Shown here: positions 1-6,317 of the stretch, piece after piece
Layout: each line of letters begins with the position of its first letter
Position numbering within the stretch: position 1 is the stretch's first letter
Assembly (NCBI GenBank): GCA_964507035.1
Contig: CAZDOQ010000049.1
Location: 1-10,279, forward strand
From: an uncultured Lachnospiraceae bacterium
GTDB lineage: Bacteria; Bacillota; Clostridia; Lachnospirales; Lachnospiraceae
Reading direction: 5' to 3'
DNA: 10,279 nucleotides
Made by a program: the position numbers and the translations under genes
Notes under the pieces: model-generated
The model's database searches: none
Told to the model about the DNA's origin: nothing
Seen by the model: the letters and a program-made list of their open reading frames with translations, nothing else

Positions 1-42
1 GAAGAAATCCTGAAGATTTCTGGGAAAATAAGGGAGGGAGCG

Positions 43-68
43 GGCGCATTCTTTTGGCGCATTCTTTT
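43..68 (+). repeat. Perfect tandem direct repeat 2 x 13 bp (GGCGCATTCTTTT GGCGCATTCTTTT), about 24 bp upstream of the pspA -35 element
   Basis: Read directly: positions 43-55 and 56-68 are identical. It sits about 60-85 bp upstream of the inferred pspA transcription start. Direct repeats at this spacing are typical binding sites for response-regulator-type activators. Confidence 0.6.
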
Positions 69-91
69 TGGAAAAATTTCGGAAAGAGTCA

Positions 92-120
92 TGGACAGAC
101 CTTCGGGAGTATGGTATGAT
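92..120 (+). promoter_or_regulatory. Sigma-A-type promoter: -35 TGGACA (92-97), 17-bp spacer, extended -10 TGgTATGAT (112-120)
   Basis: Hexamers are near consensus, the spacer is optimal and the TGn extension is present. The element lies 70 bp upstream of the pspA start codon. It also overlaps the ATG at 91 offered by the ORF track, which argues against that upstream start. Confidence 0.6.
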
Positions 121-189
121 GAAATTGCCGGTGATCGGGTTCTCCGACAACCGGCGGCAGAAAATGAACCCGTCAGGAGGAGGAAACGA

Positions 190-873
190 ATGGGGATTAT
201 ACAACGGTTTTCGGATATCATGTCCGCCAATATCAACGCGCTGCTGGATAAGATGGAAGACCCGTCCAAGATGATCGACCAATATCTGAGAAATCTGCAG
301 GATGATCTGGGGAAGGTTAAGGCAGAGACCGCCTCTATCATGGCGGAGGAAGCCCGGGCAAAGCGGGCCCTGGACGACTGTGACAAAGAGATCTCCAAGA
401 TGCAGACCTACGCCGAAAAGGCGGTGCTGGCCGGCAATGATGCGGATGCCAAAAAGTTCCTGGAGAAGAAGGGACAGCTGACAGAGAACCGGGCCAGCCT
501 GGCCCAGACCTATGCGGCGGCAGCGGAAAACGCAGCCAAAATGAAGCAGATGCACGACAAACTCTGCAAGGACATTGCCTCCTTAAATGCCCGCCGGGAA
601 GCGGTGAAGGCCAAGGTGGCCGTGGCCAAGACCCAGGAGCGGATCAACAAGATCGGCGCCAGCGTGGCCGGAAGCCAGGAAAACCTGTCCGCCTTTGACC
701 GGATGGAGGCCAAGGCCAACAAAATGCTGGATGAGGCCAACGCCATGGCGGAGTTGAATCAGACTGCCTCGGATCCGGATGGGCTCGACGCGCTGACAGA
801 AAAATACGACACGGCTCCTGCCTCTGCCATTGATGATGAACTGGCGGCACTGAAGGCAAAGCTGGGGAAATAA
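190..873 (+). CDS. pspA: PspA/IM30 family protein (phage-shock protein A / LiaH-like membrane-stress effector), 227 aa
   Basis: Translation from the ATG at 190 begins MGIIQRFSDIMSANINALLDKMEDP, the canonical PspA/IM30 N-terminus (compare E. coli PspA, [25 protein letters not shown], from memory). The rest is coiled-coil-like and rich in A/K/E/Q. An RBS AGGAGGAGGAAAC lies 4-12 nt upstream. The start is in frame with, and internal to, track ORF 91..873, whose first 33 codons overlap the promoter. Confidence 0.88.
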   Translation: MGIIQRFSDIMSANINALLDKMEDPSKMIDQYLRNLQDDLGKVKAETASIMAEEARAKRALDDCDKEISKMQTYAEKAVLAGNDADAKKFLEKKGQLTENRASLAQTYAAAAENAAKMKQMHDKLCKDIASLNARREAVKAKVAVAKTQERINKIGASVAGSQENLSAFDRMEAKANKMLDEANAMAELNQTASDPDGLDALTEKYDTAPASAIDDELAALKAKLGK

Positions 874-874
874 A

Positions 875-1690
875 ATGGGCCTTTTCAGCGGTCCCACCGT
901 CATTGAGTGGGAAGAATTTGACAGTGAAACAATTTTCTGGAAATGGCCGGATACGGCTATCCGGAAAGGAAGCTGTCTGGTGATCCGGGCCGGGCAGGAC
1001 GCCATCTTCATGGTGGACGGAAAGATTGAGGGAATCTTCCAGGACGAGGGCAGTTATGATGTGGAATCGGACATTGTGCCGGTGCTCTCCACCCTGAAAA
1101 ATTTCCGGTTCAGCCGCCGGTCGGACCTGCGGGCGGAAGTGTTGTTTGTGAATACCAAGGAGTTTACGGTGAAGTGGGGAACCCGCGGGGCCATCACCAT
1201 TCCGGTGGAGGGACTGCCCGGCGGTCTCCCCATCCGTGCCTTTGGAACGTTCCAGTGCCGGGTCTGCGACTATATCGCGCTGATCGACCAGGTGGCGGGA
1301 GTCCGGCAGCGGTACACCATCCAGGATGTTCGGGAACGGGTGACCTCCTGTCTGGACCCGCTGCTGATGAAATGGGTGGTGCAGGCGGGGAAAGATATTT
1401 TCCACCTGCAGGCCAGTTCCAATGAGATCGCCGGGGGCATCTGCCAGGACCTGGATATGCAGATGCGGGATCTGGGCATTGCCATTGACGGCTTTGCCAT
1501 CCAGAACGTGTCCTATCCGGAGGACGTGCAGGAGATTGCCCGGCAGGCCATCCGTCAGAACTTCACCGGCCAGAGGAGGACCGCTTCTGCGGCTTCCGGG
1601 GGAGCCGGCCTCAATTTCTGCCCCAACTGCGGGGCGGCGGTGGGCGGCGCCAATTTCTGTCCCAACTGCGGGCAAAAGTTGCGTGGGTAA
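875..1690 (+). CDS. SPFH/Band-7 family protein (B. subtilis YdjI-like, PF13421-type) with a C-terminal C4 zinc ribbon (NFCPNCG-x12-NFCPNCG)
   Basis: The N-terminus MGLFSGPTVIEWEEFDSETIFWKWP...IRKGSCLVIRAGQDAIFMVDGKIEGIFQDEGSYDVESDIVPVLSTL...AEVLFVNTKEFTVKWGT matches the conserved YdjI-like SPFH family that is recurrently encoded beside pspA. The C-terminus carries two CPNC knuckles. The start is 1 nt after the pspA stop, so the two genes form an operon. Confidence 0.82.
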   Translation: MGLFSGPTVIEWEEFDSETIFWKWPDTAIRKGSCLVIRAGQDAIFMVDGKIEGIFQDEGSYDVESDIVPVLSTLKNFRFSRRSDLRAEVLFVNTKEFTVKWGTRGAITIPVEGLPGGLPIRAFGTFQCRVCDYIALIDQVAGVRQRYTIQDVRERVTSCLDPLLMKWVVQAGKDIFHLQASSNEIAGGICQDLDMQMRDLGIAIDGFAIQNVSYPEDVQEIARQAIRQNFTGQRRTASAASGGAGLNFCPNCGAAVGGANFCPNCGQKLRG

Positions 1691-1733
1691 GTGCCGAAGG
1701 GGTCCGGATGGACCAGAACAATCAGAAAAAGCA

Positions 1734-1760
1734 GAGTTTCGCTTGCGAAACTCTTTTTTC
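1734..1760 (+). terminator. Rho-independent terminator (GAGTTTCG cttg CGAAACTC + TTTTTTC); an A-run on the 5' side suggests it may work in both directions
   Basis: A perfect 8-bp stem with a 4-nt loop, followed by a 6-T run. It lies 44 nt after the stop of the SPFH gene and ends the pspA-SPFH operon. Confidence 0.7.
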
Positions 1761-1806
1761 TGTCTGCCATTGAGCAGAAAAGCGGATTGTAAGAAGGAGA
1801 AGTTGC

Positions 1807-4044
1807 ATGAGTACCATTTACGACACACTGAATGACCGGCAGCGGGAGGCAGTGTTTGCCACCGAGGGCCCCGTTTTGATCTTGGCCGGCGCAGGCTCCG
1901 GAAAGACCCGGGCCCTGACCCACCGGATCGCCTACCTGCTCCACGAAAAGAACGTGGCTCCCTGGAATATCCTGGCCATCACCTTTACCAACAAGGCCGC
2001 AGCGGAGATGCGGGAGCGGGTGGACGGCCTGGTGGGAGAGGGGGCCAGCCAGGTTTGGGTCTCCACCTTCCATTCCATGTGTGTGCGGATCCTCCGGCGG
2101 TACGGAGATCTCTTGGGCTACACCAACAATTTCAGCATTTACGACAGCGATGACCAGCGGACGCTGATGAAGCAGGTGATCAAAAAACTGGATGTGGACG
2201 CCAAAATCTACAAGGAGAAAGCCATGTTGGGCCAGATCTCCTGGGCCAAGAATGAATTAATCTCCCCGGCTGCCTTTGAAAAGCAGGCGGCGGGGAATTT
2301 CCGGAAGACGCGGATCTCCGACATCTATCAGGAATACCAGCAGCAGCTGAAGCAGAACAACGCCATGGATTTTGATGATCTTCTTGTCAAAACGGTGGAA
2401 CTGTTCCGGCAGGAGCCGGATGTGCTGGCCTATTACCAGCAGCGGTTCCGGTATATCATGGTGGACGAGTACCAGGATACCAACACAGCCCAGTTCCAGC
2501 TGCTGTCGCTGCTTGCCTCCTCCCACCGGAATCTCTGCGTGGTGGGAGATGACGACCAGTCCATCTACAAGTTCCGGGGCGCCAACATCCAGAATATTTT
2601 GAATTTTGAGGAGACTTTCCCGGGGGCCAAGGTGATCCGCCTGGAGCAGAACTACCGTTCCACCAAGAACATCCTTCAGGTGGCCAACCAGGTGATTCAG
2701 CACAATCAGGGACGAAAGGAAAAGACCCTCTGGACGGAGAACGAGGAGGGGGTGAAGGTCTCCCTGCTCCGGTATGACACCGCTTACGACGAGGCGGATG
2801 GGATTGTGCGGGATATCATCAAACATCAGGATACCTATCCCTACGGCCAGTGCGCGGTGCTTTACCGGACCAACGCCCAGTCCCGGATCCTGGAGGAAAA
2901 GTGCGTGGCCCACAACCTGCCTTACAGACTGGTGGGCGGCGTCAACTTCTACCAGCGCAAGGAGATCAAGGATCTGCTGTGCTATCTGAAGACGGTGGAC
3001 AACGGGCAGGACGACCTGGCGGTGCAGCGGATCGTCAACGTGCCCCGGAGGGGGATCGGCCAGACCACCATCGGCAAGGTTATGGACTATGCCGGCGCCC
3101 AGGGCATCAGCTTCTATCAGGCCCTGGAGCAGGCGGGGCAGATTCCCTCTCTTGGGAAGGCATCCGGGCGGATTGGGGATTTTGTCCGGCAGATTCAGAC
3201 GTTTCGGAGCCGGGCGGATTTTATGACGGTGAAAGATCTGCTGGAGACCATTCTGGATGCCACCGGCTACCGGGAGGAACTGGGGGCGGAGGATTCCATA
3301 GAGGCCCAGACCCGGCTGGAGAACATTCAGGAATTGGTGAACAAGGCGGCGGAGTTGGGGGACGCGCCGGAGGACACGGAGGCCCTGGGACGCTTTCTGG
3401 AGGAAGTGGCCTTGGTGGCAGAGGTGGACAACCTGGACGATCAGGAAAACCGGGTGGTGCTGATGACGCTCCACAGCGCCAAGGGGCTGGAGTTCCCCCG
3501 AGTATACTTAAGCGGCGTGGAGGATGGCCTGTTTCCCAGCGCCATGTCCATTCTTTCCGATGACCCCTCGGATCTGGAGGAGGAGCGGCGTCTCTGCTAT
3601 GTTGGGATCACCCGGGCTAGGAAGGAGTTGACCCTCACATCCGCCCGGCAGCGGATGATCAACGGAGAGCCCCGGATCAGCCGGGTGTCTCGGTTTGTGG
3701 CGGAGATTCCCAAATCTCTCCTGGCCGGGGAGGAGCGGCCCCAGTCCGCGCTTCGGAACAGCAGTTTGGCCGGACTGGAAAAGGGCCACGGCGGCGCGTA
3801 CCGGCCCAAGCCGGTGGTGCTCACATCCCAGACCACTTCCGCGTACATGGGTAAGCAGTTTTCCATGGAGAAGACCGCCAGCCTGGACTATGGAAAGGGC
3901 GACCGGGTCCGCCATGTGAAATTCGGAGAGGGGACTGTCCTGGAGATCGAGAGCGGAAAGAGGGATTTTGAAGTGACGGTCCAGTTTGACCGGGTGGGCG
4001 TGAAAAAGCTGTTTGCCACCTTTGCCAAGCTGGCGAAAGTTTAA
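1807..4044 (+). CDS. pcrA: ATP-dependent DNA helicase PcrA/UvrD family (superfamily 1A), 745 aa
   Basis: Walker A GAGSGKT, the motifs TFHS, DEYQDTN, VGDDDQSIYKFRGA, QNYRST and VLYRTN, and a C-terminal Tudor-like tail (DRVRHVKFGEGTV...). RBS AAGAAGGAGAAG. The length is typical for PcrA. Confidence 0.95.
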   Translation: MSTIYDTLNDRQREAVFATEGPVLILAGAGSGKTRALTHRIAYLLHEKNVAPWNILAITFTNKAAAEMRERVDGLVGEGASQVWVSTFHSMCVRILRRYGDLLGYTNNFSIYDSDDQRTLMKQVIKKLDVDAKIYKEKAMLGQISWAKNELISPAAFEKQAAGNFRKTRISDIYQEYQQQLKQNNAMDFDDLLVKTVELFRQEPDVLAYYQQRFRYIMVDEYQDTNTAQFQLLSLLASSHRNLCVVGDDDQSIYKFRGANIQNILNFEETFPGAKVIRLEQNYRSTKNILQVANQVIQHNQGRKEKTLWTENEEGVKVSLLRYDTAYDEADGIVRDIIKHQDTYPYGQCAVLYRTNAQSRILEEKCVAHNLPYRLVGGVNFYQRKEIKDLLCYLKTVDNGQDDLAVQRIVNVPRRGIGQTTIGKVMDYAGAQGISFYQALEQAGQIPSLGKASGRIGDFVRQIQTFRSRADFMTVKDLLETILDATGYREELGAEDSIEAQTRLENIQELVNKAAELGDAPEDTEALGRFLEEVALVAEVDNLDDQENRVVLMTLHSAKGLEFPRVYLSGVEDGLFPSAMSILSDDPSDLEEERRLCYVGITRARKELTLTSARQRMINGEPRISRVSRFVAEIPKSLLAGEERPQSALRNSSLAGLEKGHGGAYRPKPVVLTSQTTSAYMGKQFSMEKTASLDYGKGDRVRHVKFGEGTVLEIESGKRDFEVTVQFDRVGVKKLFATFAKLAKV

Positions 4045-4059
4045 AAAACGGAAAAATAT

Positions 4060-4112
4060 TTGGAAAATTTAATCAGTTTTTTATAGTAAAATTCTCATAA
4101 AGATGGTATACT
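4060..4112 (+). promoter_or_regulatory. AT-rich promoter region with two candidate sigma-A promoters: TTGGAA(4060-4065)-16-TATAGT(4082-4087), and extended -10 TGgTATACT (4104-4112)
   Basis: This is the only strongly AT-rich stretch in the window. There are A-tracts upstream (UP-element-like), a perfect TGn extended -10, and a TTGACA-like hexamer with a 16-bp spacer to a second -10. Confidence 0.5.
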
Positions 4113-4188
4113 ACTCACATATAGAAGGGATCGTGGGCGAAGAACGGTCTCTTTTATAAATCGAATCAGGAAAGGGTGAATAGGTACC

Positions 4189-4470
4189 ATGGGAAAAGTA
4201 GAAGAAATGCTGGCAGCCAGTAAATTGAACAGTCTTCTGCACCGGCAGGAGGAGGATCAAAAGACCAAGAGGACAGTCTGCACGATTTTGGCAGTTGTGG
4301 GAATCGTGACCGTGGTAGCGGCCATTGCTTACGGTGTATACCGCTTCTTTATCAAAGATGATTTTGATGATTTTGACGATGACATCTACTTTGATGACGA
4401 GGAGGCGGACGAATTCTTCGACGATGACGAGGAAGACGAGCCCCAGGAGAAAAAGGACCCGGAAGAGTAA
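4189..4470 (+). CDS. Hypothetical small single-pass membrane protein (93 aa) with a hyper-acidic, Phe-studded C-terminal tail (DDFDDFDDDIYFDDEEADEFFDDDEEDEPQEKKDPEE)
   Basis: The ORF has a predicted transmembrane helix, TVCTILAVVGIVTVVAAIAYGVYRFF, after a short N-terminal segment. The tail is about 45 aa with over 60% D/E. An RBS GGAAAGGGTG precedes it. It has its own promoter (4060-4112) and a strong terminator 18 nt past its stop. GC is visibly lower than in the neighbours. I recognise no homology. Confidence 0.5.
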   Translation: MGKVEEMLAASKLNSLLHRQEEDQKTKRTVCTILAVVGIVTVVAAIAYGVYRFFIKDDFDDFDDDIYFDDEEADEFFDDDEEDEPQEKKDPEE

Positions 4471-4488
4471 GCAGAGAACACTGTCATG

Positions 4489-4520
4489 GGCTGCCGCAGA
4501 GATGCGGCAGCCTTTCTTGT
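4489..4520 (+). terminator. Rho-independent terminator (GGCTGCCGCA gaga TGCGGCAGCC + TTTCTTGT)
   Basis: A perfect GC-rich 10-bp inverted repeat with a 4-nt loop, followed by a T-rich tract. It begins 18 nt after the stop at 4470. Confidence 0.75.
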
Positions 4521-4585
4521 CCCATTGGGAAACATCGTTTTGATACCGCTGAGACGGTTCGCTGCAGGCATGAGAAAGGAACTCT

Positions 4586-5959
4586 ATGAAAAAAGGAACT
4601 GTGATTGAAGGCCGGGTGGAACGGCTAAATTTCCCCAACAAGGGGATTTTGACGGTGGAAGGCCGGAAAATGACTGTAAAGAACGTGCTCCCGGGCCAGC
4701 GGATTACGGCGGCGGTGACCAAGGGCGGAGAGCGGCGGCTGGAGGGTCGGCTGGAGCAGGTGCTGGAACCGGCGCCGGAGGAGGTGCCCTCCCCCTGTCC
4801 CCACTTTGGGCGCTGCGGCGGCTGCGCCTATCAGACCCTGCCCTATGAAGCGCAGCTGCAGCTGAAGGCATCCCAGGTCCAGGCGCTGCTGGAGCCGGTG
4901 CTGGGGGCGGGTTTCCCTTTTGAGGGAATTTTGCCCAGTCCCCGGCAGGAGGGCTACCGAAACAAAATGGAGTTTTCCTTTGGGGATGAGAGCAAAGGCG
5001 GCCCCATGACATTAGGCCTGCACAAAAGGGGCAGCTTTTATGATATTCTCACCGTGGACGGCTGCCGGATTGTGGACGGAGACTACCGGCAGATCCTTCG
5101 GGCGGTGCTGGACTATTTTACGGAAAAAGAGGTTCCTTTTTATCAGAAACGGCAGTGGCAGGGGATCCTGCGGCATCTGGTGGTCCGCAAGGGATGGAAA
5201 ACAAGGGAGATCTTAATCTTGCTGGTGACAACGCCGGGGTATACGGTGAAGGAAGACTTTGCCTCCCGGCTGCTGGCCCTGCCCCTGGAAGGGACCATTG
5301 CCGGGATTCTCCACGGGGAGAACGGCAGCGTGGCGGATGTGGTCCAGTGCGATCCCCTGCATCAGCTGTACGGCCGGGACTTTTTCTATGAGGAACTGCT
5401 GGGGCTTCGGTTTCGGATTACCCCTTTTTCCTTCTTCCAGACCAACTCCGCCGGGGCGGAAGTGCTCTGCCAGACGGCCCGGTCTTTTTTGGGGGAAATC
5501 CAAGGGGGGACTGTGTTTGACCTATACAGCGGCACCGGGACCATTGCCCAAATGCTAGCGCCGGCAGCAGACCAAGTGATCGGCGTGGAGATCGTGGCGG
5601 AGGCGGTGGAGGCCGCCCGGCAGAACGCAGCGGAAAACGGCCTTGCCAACTGCCGGTTTGTGGCTGGGGACGTGCTGAAGGTGCTGGATACCTTAACGGA
5701 GAAGCCCCAGTGGCTGGTGCTGGATCCGCCCCGGGAGGGCGTTCATCCCAAGGCTCTGGGGAAGATCCTTTCCTATGGGGTGGAGCGGGTGGTCTACATC
5801 AGCTGCAAGCCCACATCCCTGGCCCGGGATTTGGCGGCTTTTCTGGCCGCCGGCTACCGGGCGGAGCGGGTCCAGTGCGTGGACATGTTCCCTTTTACGG
5901 CGGGGGTGGAGACGGTGTGTTTGCTTTCTCGCTTCGGAAGCAATGACACCAAGGAGTAA
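4586..5959 (+). CDS. rlmD: 23S rRNA (uracil-C5)-methyltransferase, RumA/RlmD (TrmA) family: N-terminal TRAM domain, [4Fe-4S] cysteines (CPHFGRCGGC), SAM-dependent methyltransferase fold
   Basis: The TRAM-like N-terminus is GTVIEGRVERLNF...GILTVEGRKMTVKNVLPGQ. The cluster cysteines are followed by the SAM-binding motif VFDLYSGTGTI and the catalytic region DPPREG...YISCKPTSLARD. The exact paralogue (RlmD versus RlmCD/YefA-like) cannot be resolved from sequence reading alone. Confidence 0.88.
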   Translation: MKKGTVIEGRVERLNFPNKGILTVEGRKMTVKNVLPGQRITAAVTKGGERRLEGRLEQVLEPAPEEVPSPCPHFGRCGGCAYQTLPYEAQLQLKASQVQALLEPVLGAGFPFEGILPSPRQEGYRNKMEFSFGDESKGGPMTLGLHKRGSFYDILTVDGCRIVDGDYRQILRAVLDYFTEKEVPFYQKRQWQGILRHLVVRKGWKTREILILLVTTPGYTVKEDFASRLLALPLEGTIAGILHGENGSVADVVQCDPLHQLYGRDFFYEELLGLRFRITPFSFFQTNSAGAEVLCQTARSFLGEIQGGTVFDLYSGTGTIAQMLAPAADQVIGVEIVAEAVEAARQNAAENGLANCRFVAGDVLKVLDTLTEKPQWLVLDPPREGVHPKALGKILSYGVERVVYISCKPTSLARDLAAFLAAGYRAERVQCVDMFPFTAGVETVCLLSRFGSNDTKE

Positions 5960-5966
5960 GTTTGCC

Positions 5967-6213
5967 ATGGAACGGAAGCAACTGGAATATTTTCGGAAGA
6001 TTGCAGATACCGGCAGCTGGAGCGGGAACTGCAGGTGCAGCTGTTTGAGCGGATTAGCCAGGGAGTGGTGCTGACGGAAGGGGGAAGCTGTTGCACGACC
6101 GTTCGGAGAGCCTGCTCCGCTACGTGTGGTGCGGACGCTCCTGGGTCTGGAGGCGGTGGAGTACCGGCTCCTCCGGTCGGAGCCTATGGTGGCGGCCTCC
6201 TCCCTGAAATGAA
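5967..6213 (+). pseudogene. Relic of a LysR-family transcriptional regulator. Only the N-terminus remains. The HTH recognition helix is deleted by an out-of-frame deletion of about 65 nt, there is at least one further frameshift, and the whole effector-binding domain is missing.
   Basis: The ATG at 5967 has a consensus RBS AAGGAG 10 nt upstream and encodes MERKQLEYFRKIADTGS, the LysR signature (M.LRQLEYF.AVAE.GS). The +1 frame then continues QLERELQVQLFERISQGVVLTEGG, the LysR motif LEEELGV.LFER..RGV.LTEAG, which in intact LysRs follows the HTH. The intervening FTRAAE.L..SQPALS.QI segment is absent. A third frame gives KLLHDRSESLLRY. The frame from the ATG stops after 35 codons (5967-6074). 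All frames close before 6215, whereas an intact LysR is about 300 aa. Confidence 0.7.
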
Positions 6214-6229
6214 AGGCGGAGAAGGTTAT

Positions 6230-6255
6230 TTGTATTGCCCGGACTGTGCTACAAT
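6230..6255 (+). promoter_or_regulatory. Candidate promoter for the ABC operon: TTGTAT (6230-6235) ... extended -10 TGcTACAAT (6247-6255)
   Basis: TGn plus TACAAT is a near-consensus extended -10. The -35-like TTGTAT sits only 14 bp upstream, which is a short spacer, and TTATTT at 18 bp is an alternative. The element lies inside the tail of the LysR relic, 83 nt upstream of the ABC start. Confidence 0.45.
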
Positions 6256-6292
6256 AATCCCGAACCGATTGCAATACCCTGCGGGTGTAACC

Positions 6293-6317
6293 GGATGGCG
6301 TGTAAAACACGCCATCC
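6293..6317 (+). promoter_or_regulatory. Perfect 10-bp stem-loop in the 5' UTR (GGATGGCGTG taaaa CACGCCATCC), immediately 5' of the RBS AGAGGAAAGGAAG of the first ABC gene
   Basis: Read directly. No U-tract follows, so it is not an intrinsic terminator. It could be an RNA-stability element, a processing element or a protein-binding element. Confidence 0.4.

Noticed and set aside
1-42. Possible 3' end of an upstream gene and a GC-rich hairpin (GCGC...GCGC) before the tandem repeat
   Set aside because: Frame 1 is open from position 1 but has no recognisable content. The putative stem is only 4 bp with a 9-nt loop. There is too little sequence to call.
91-189. Upstream ATG at 91 giving a 260-aa PspA with an N-terminal extension MDRPSGVWYDEIAGDRVLRQ...
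   Set aside because: The ATG at 91 lies inside the -35 and -10 promoter elements (92-120), so it would not be on the transcript. The canonical PspA N-terminus (MGIIQRFSDIM...) begins at 190 with a strong RBS.
1708-1770. 20-codon sORF (MDQNNQKKQSFACETLFSVCH) between the SPFH gene and pcrA
   Set aside because: It spans the intrinsic terminator hairpin, so it would be truncated at the RNA level. It is short and low-complexity, and its only support is a weak GAAGGGG 4-5 nt upstream. I am not calling it.
1761-1806. Looked for a dedicated pcrA promoter (TTGAGC at 1770)
   Set aside because: There is no acceptable -10 at 16-18 bp spacing, and the resulting 5' UTR would be very short. pcrA may be expressed by terminator read-through or from a promoter inside the upstream gene. 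This cannot be decided from sequence alone.
644-1828. Long minus-strand ORFs (644..1828, 2257..3474, 7160..8227, 8560..9303, 9304..10131, 5693..6310 and others), plus the +-strand alternate-frame ORF 2850..3563
   Set aside because: All lie antisense or out of frame inside well-supported genes (pspA, SPFH, pcrA, ABC1, ABC2). Their translations are Arg/Pro/Gly/His-rich low-complexity sequence with no recognisable motifs. Open reading frames like these are expected in GC3-rich coding DNA.
4540-4585. Possible rlmD promoter (TTGATA at 4540)
   Set aside because: No convincing -10 hexamer at proper spacing, so it is left unannotated.
4111-4722. 203-aa minus-strand ORF spanning the small-gene locus and the start of rlmD
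   Set aside because: It runs antisense through a promoter, a terminator hairpin and two + strand genes. It has no RBS context, and its translation is hydrophobic junk with no motif. The + strand small ORF has the promoter, RBS and terminator architecture.
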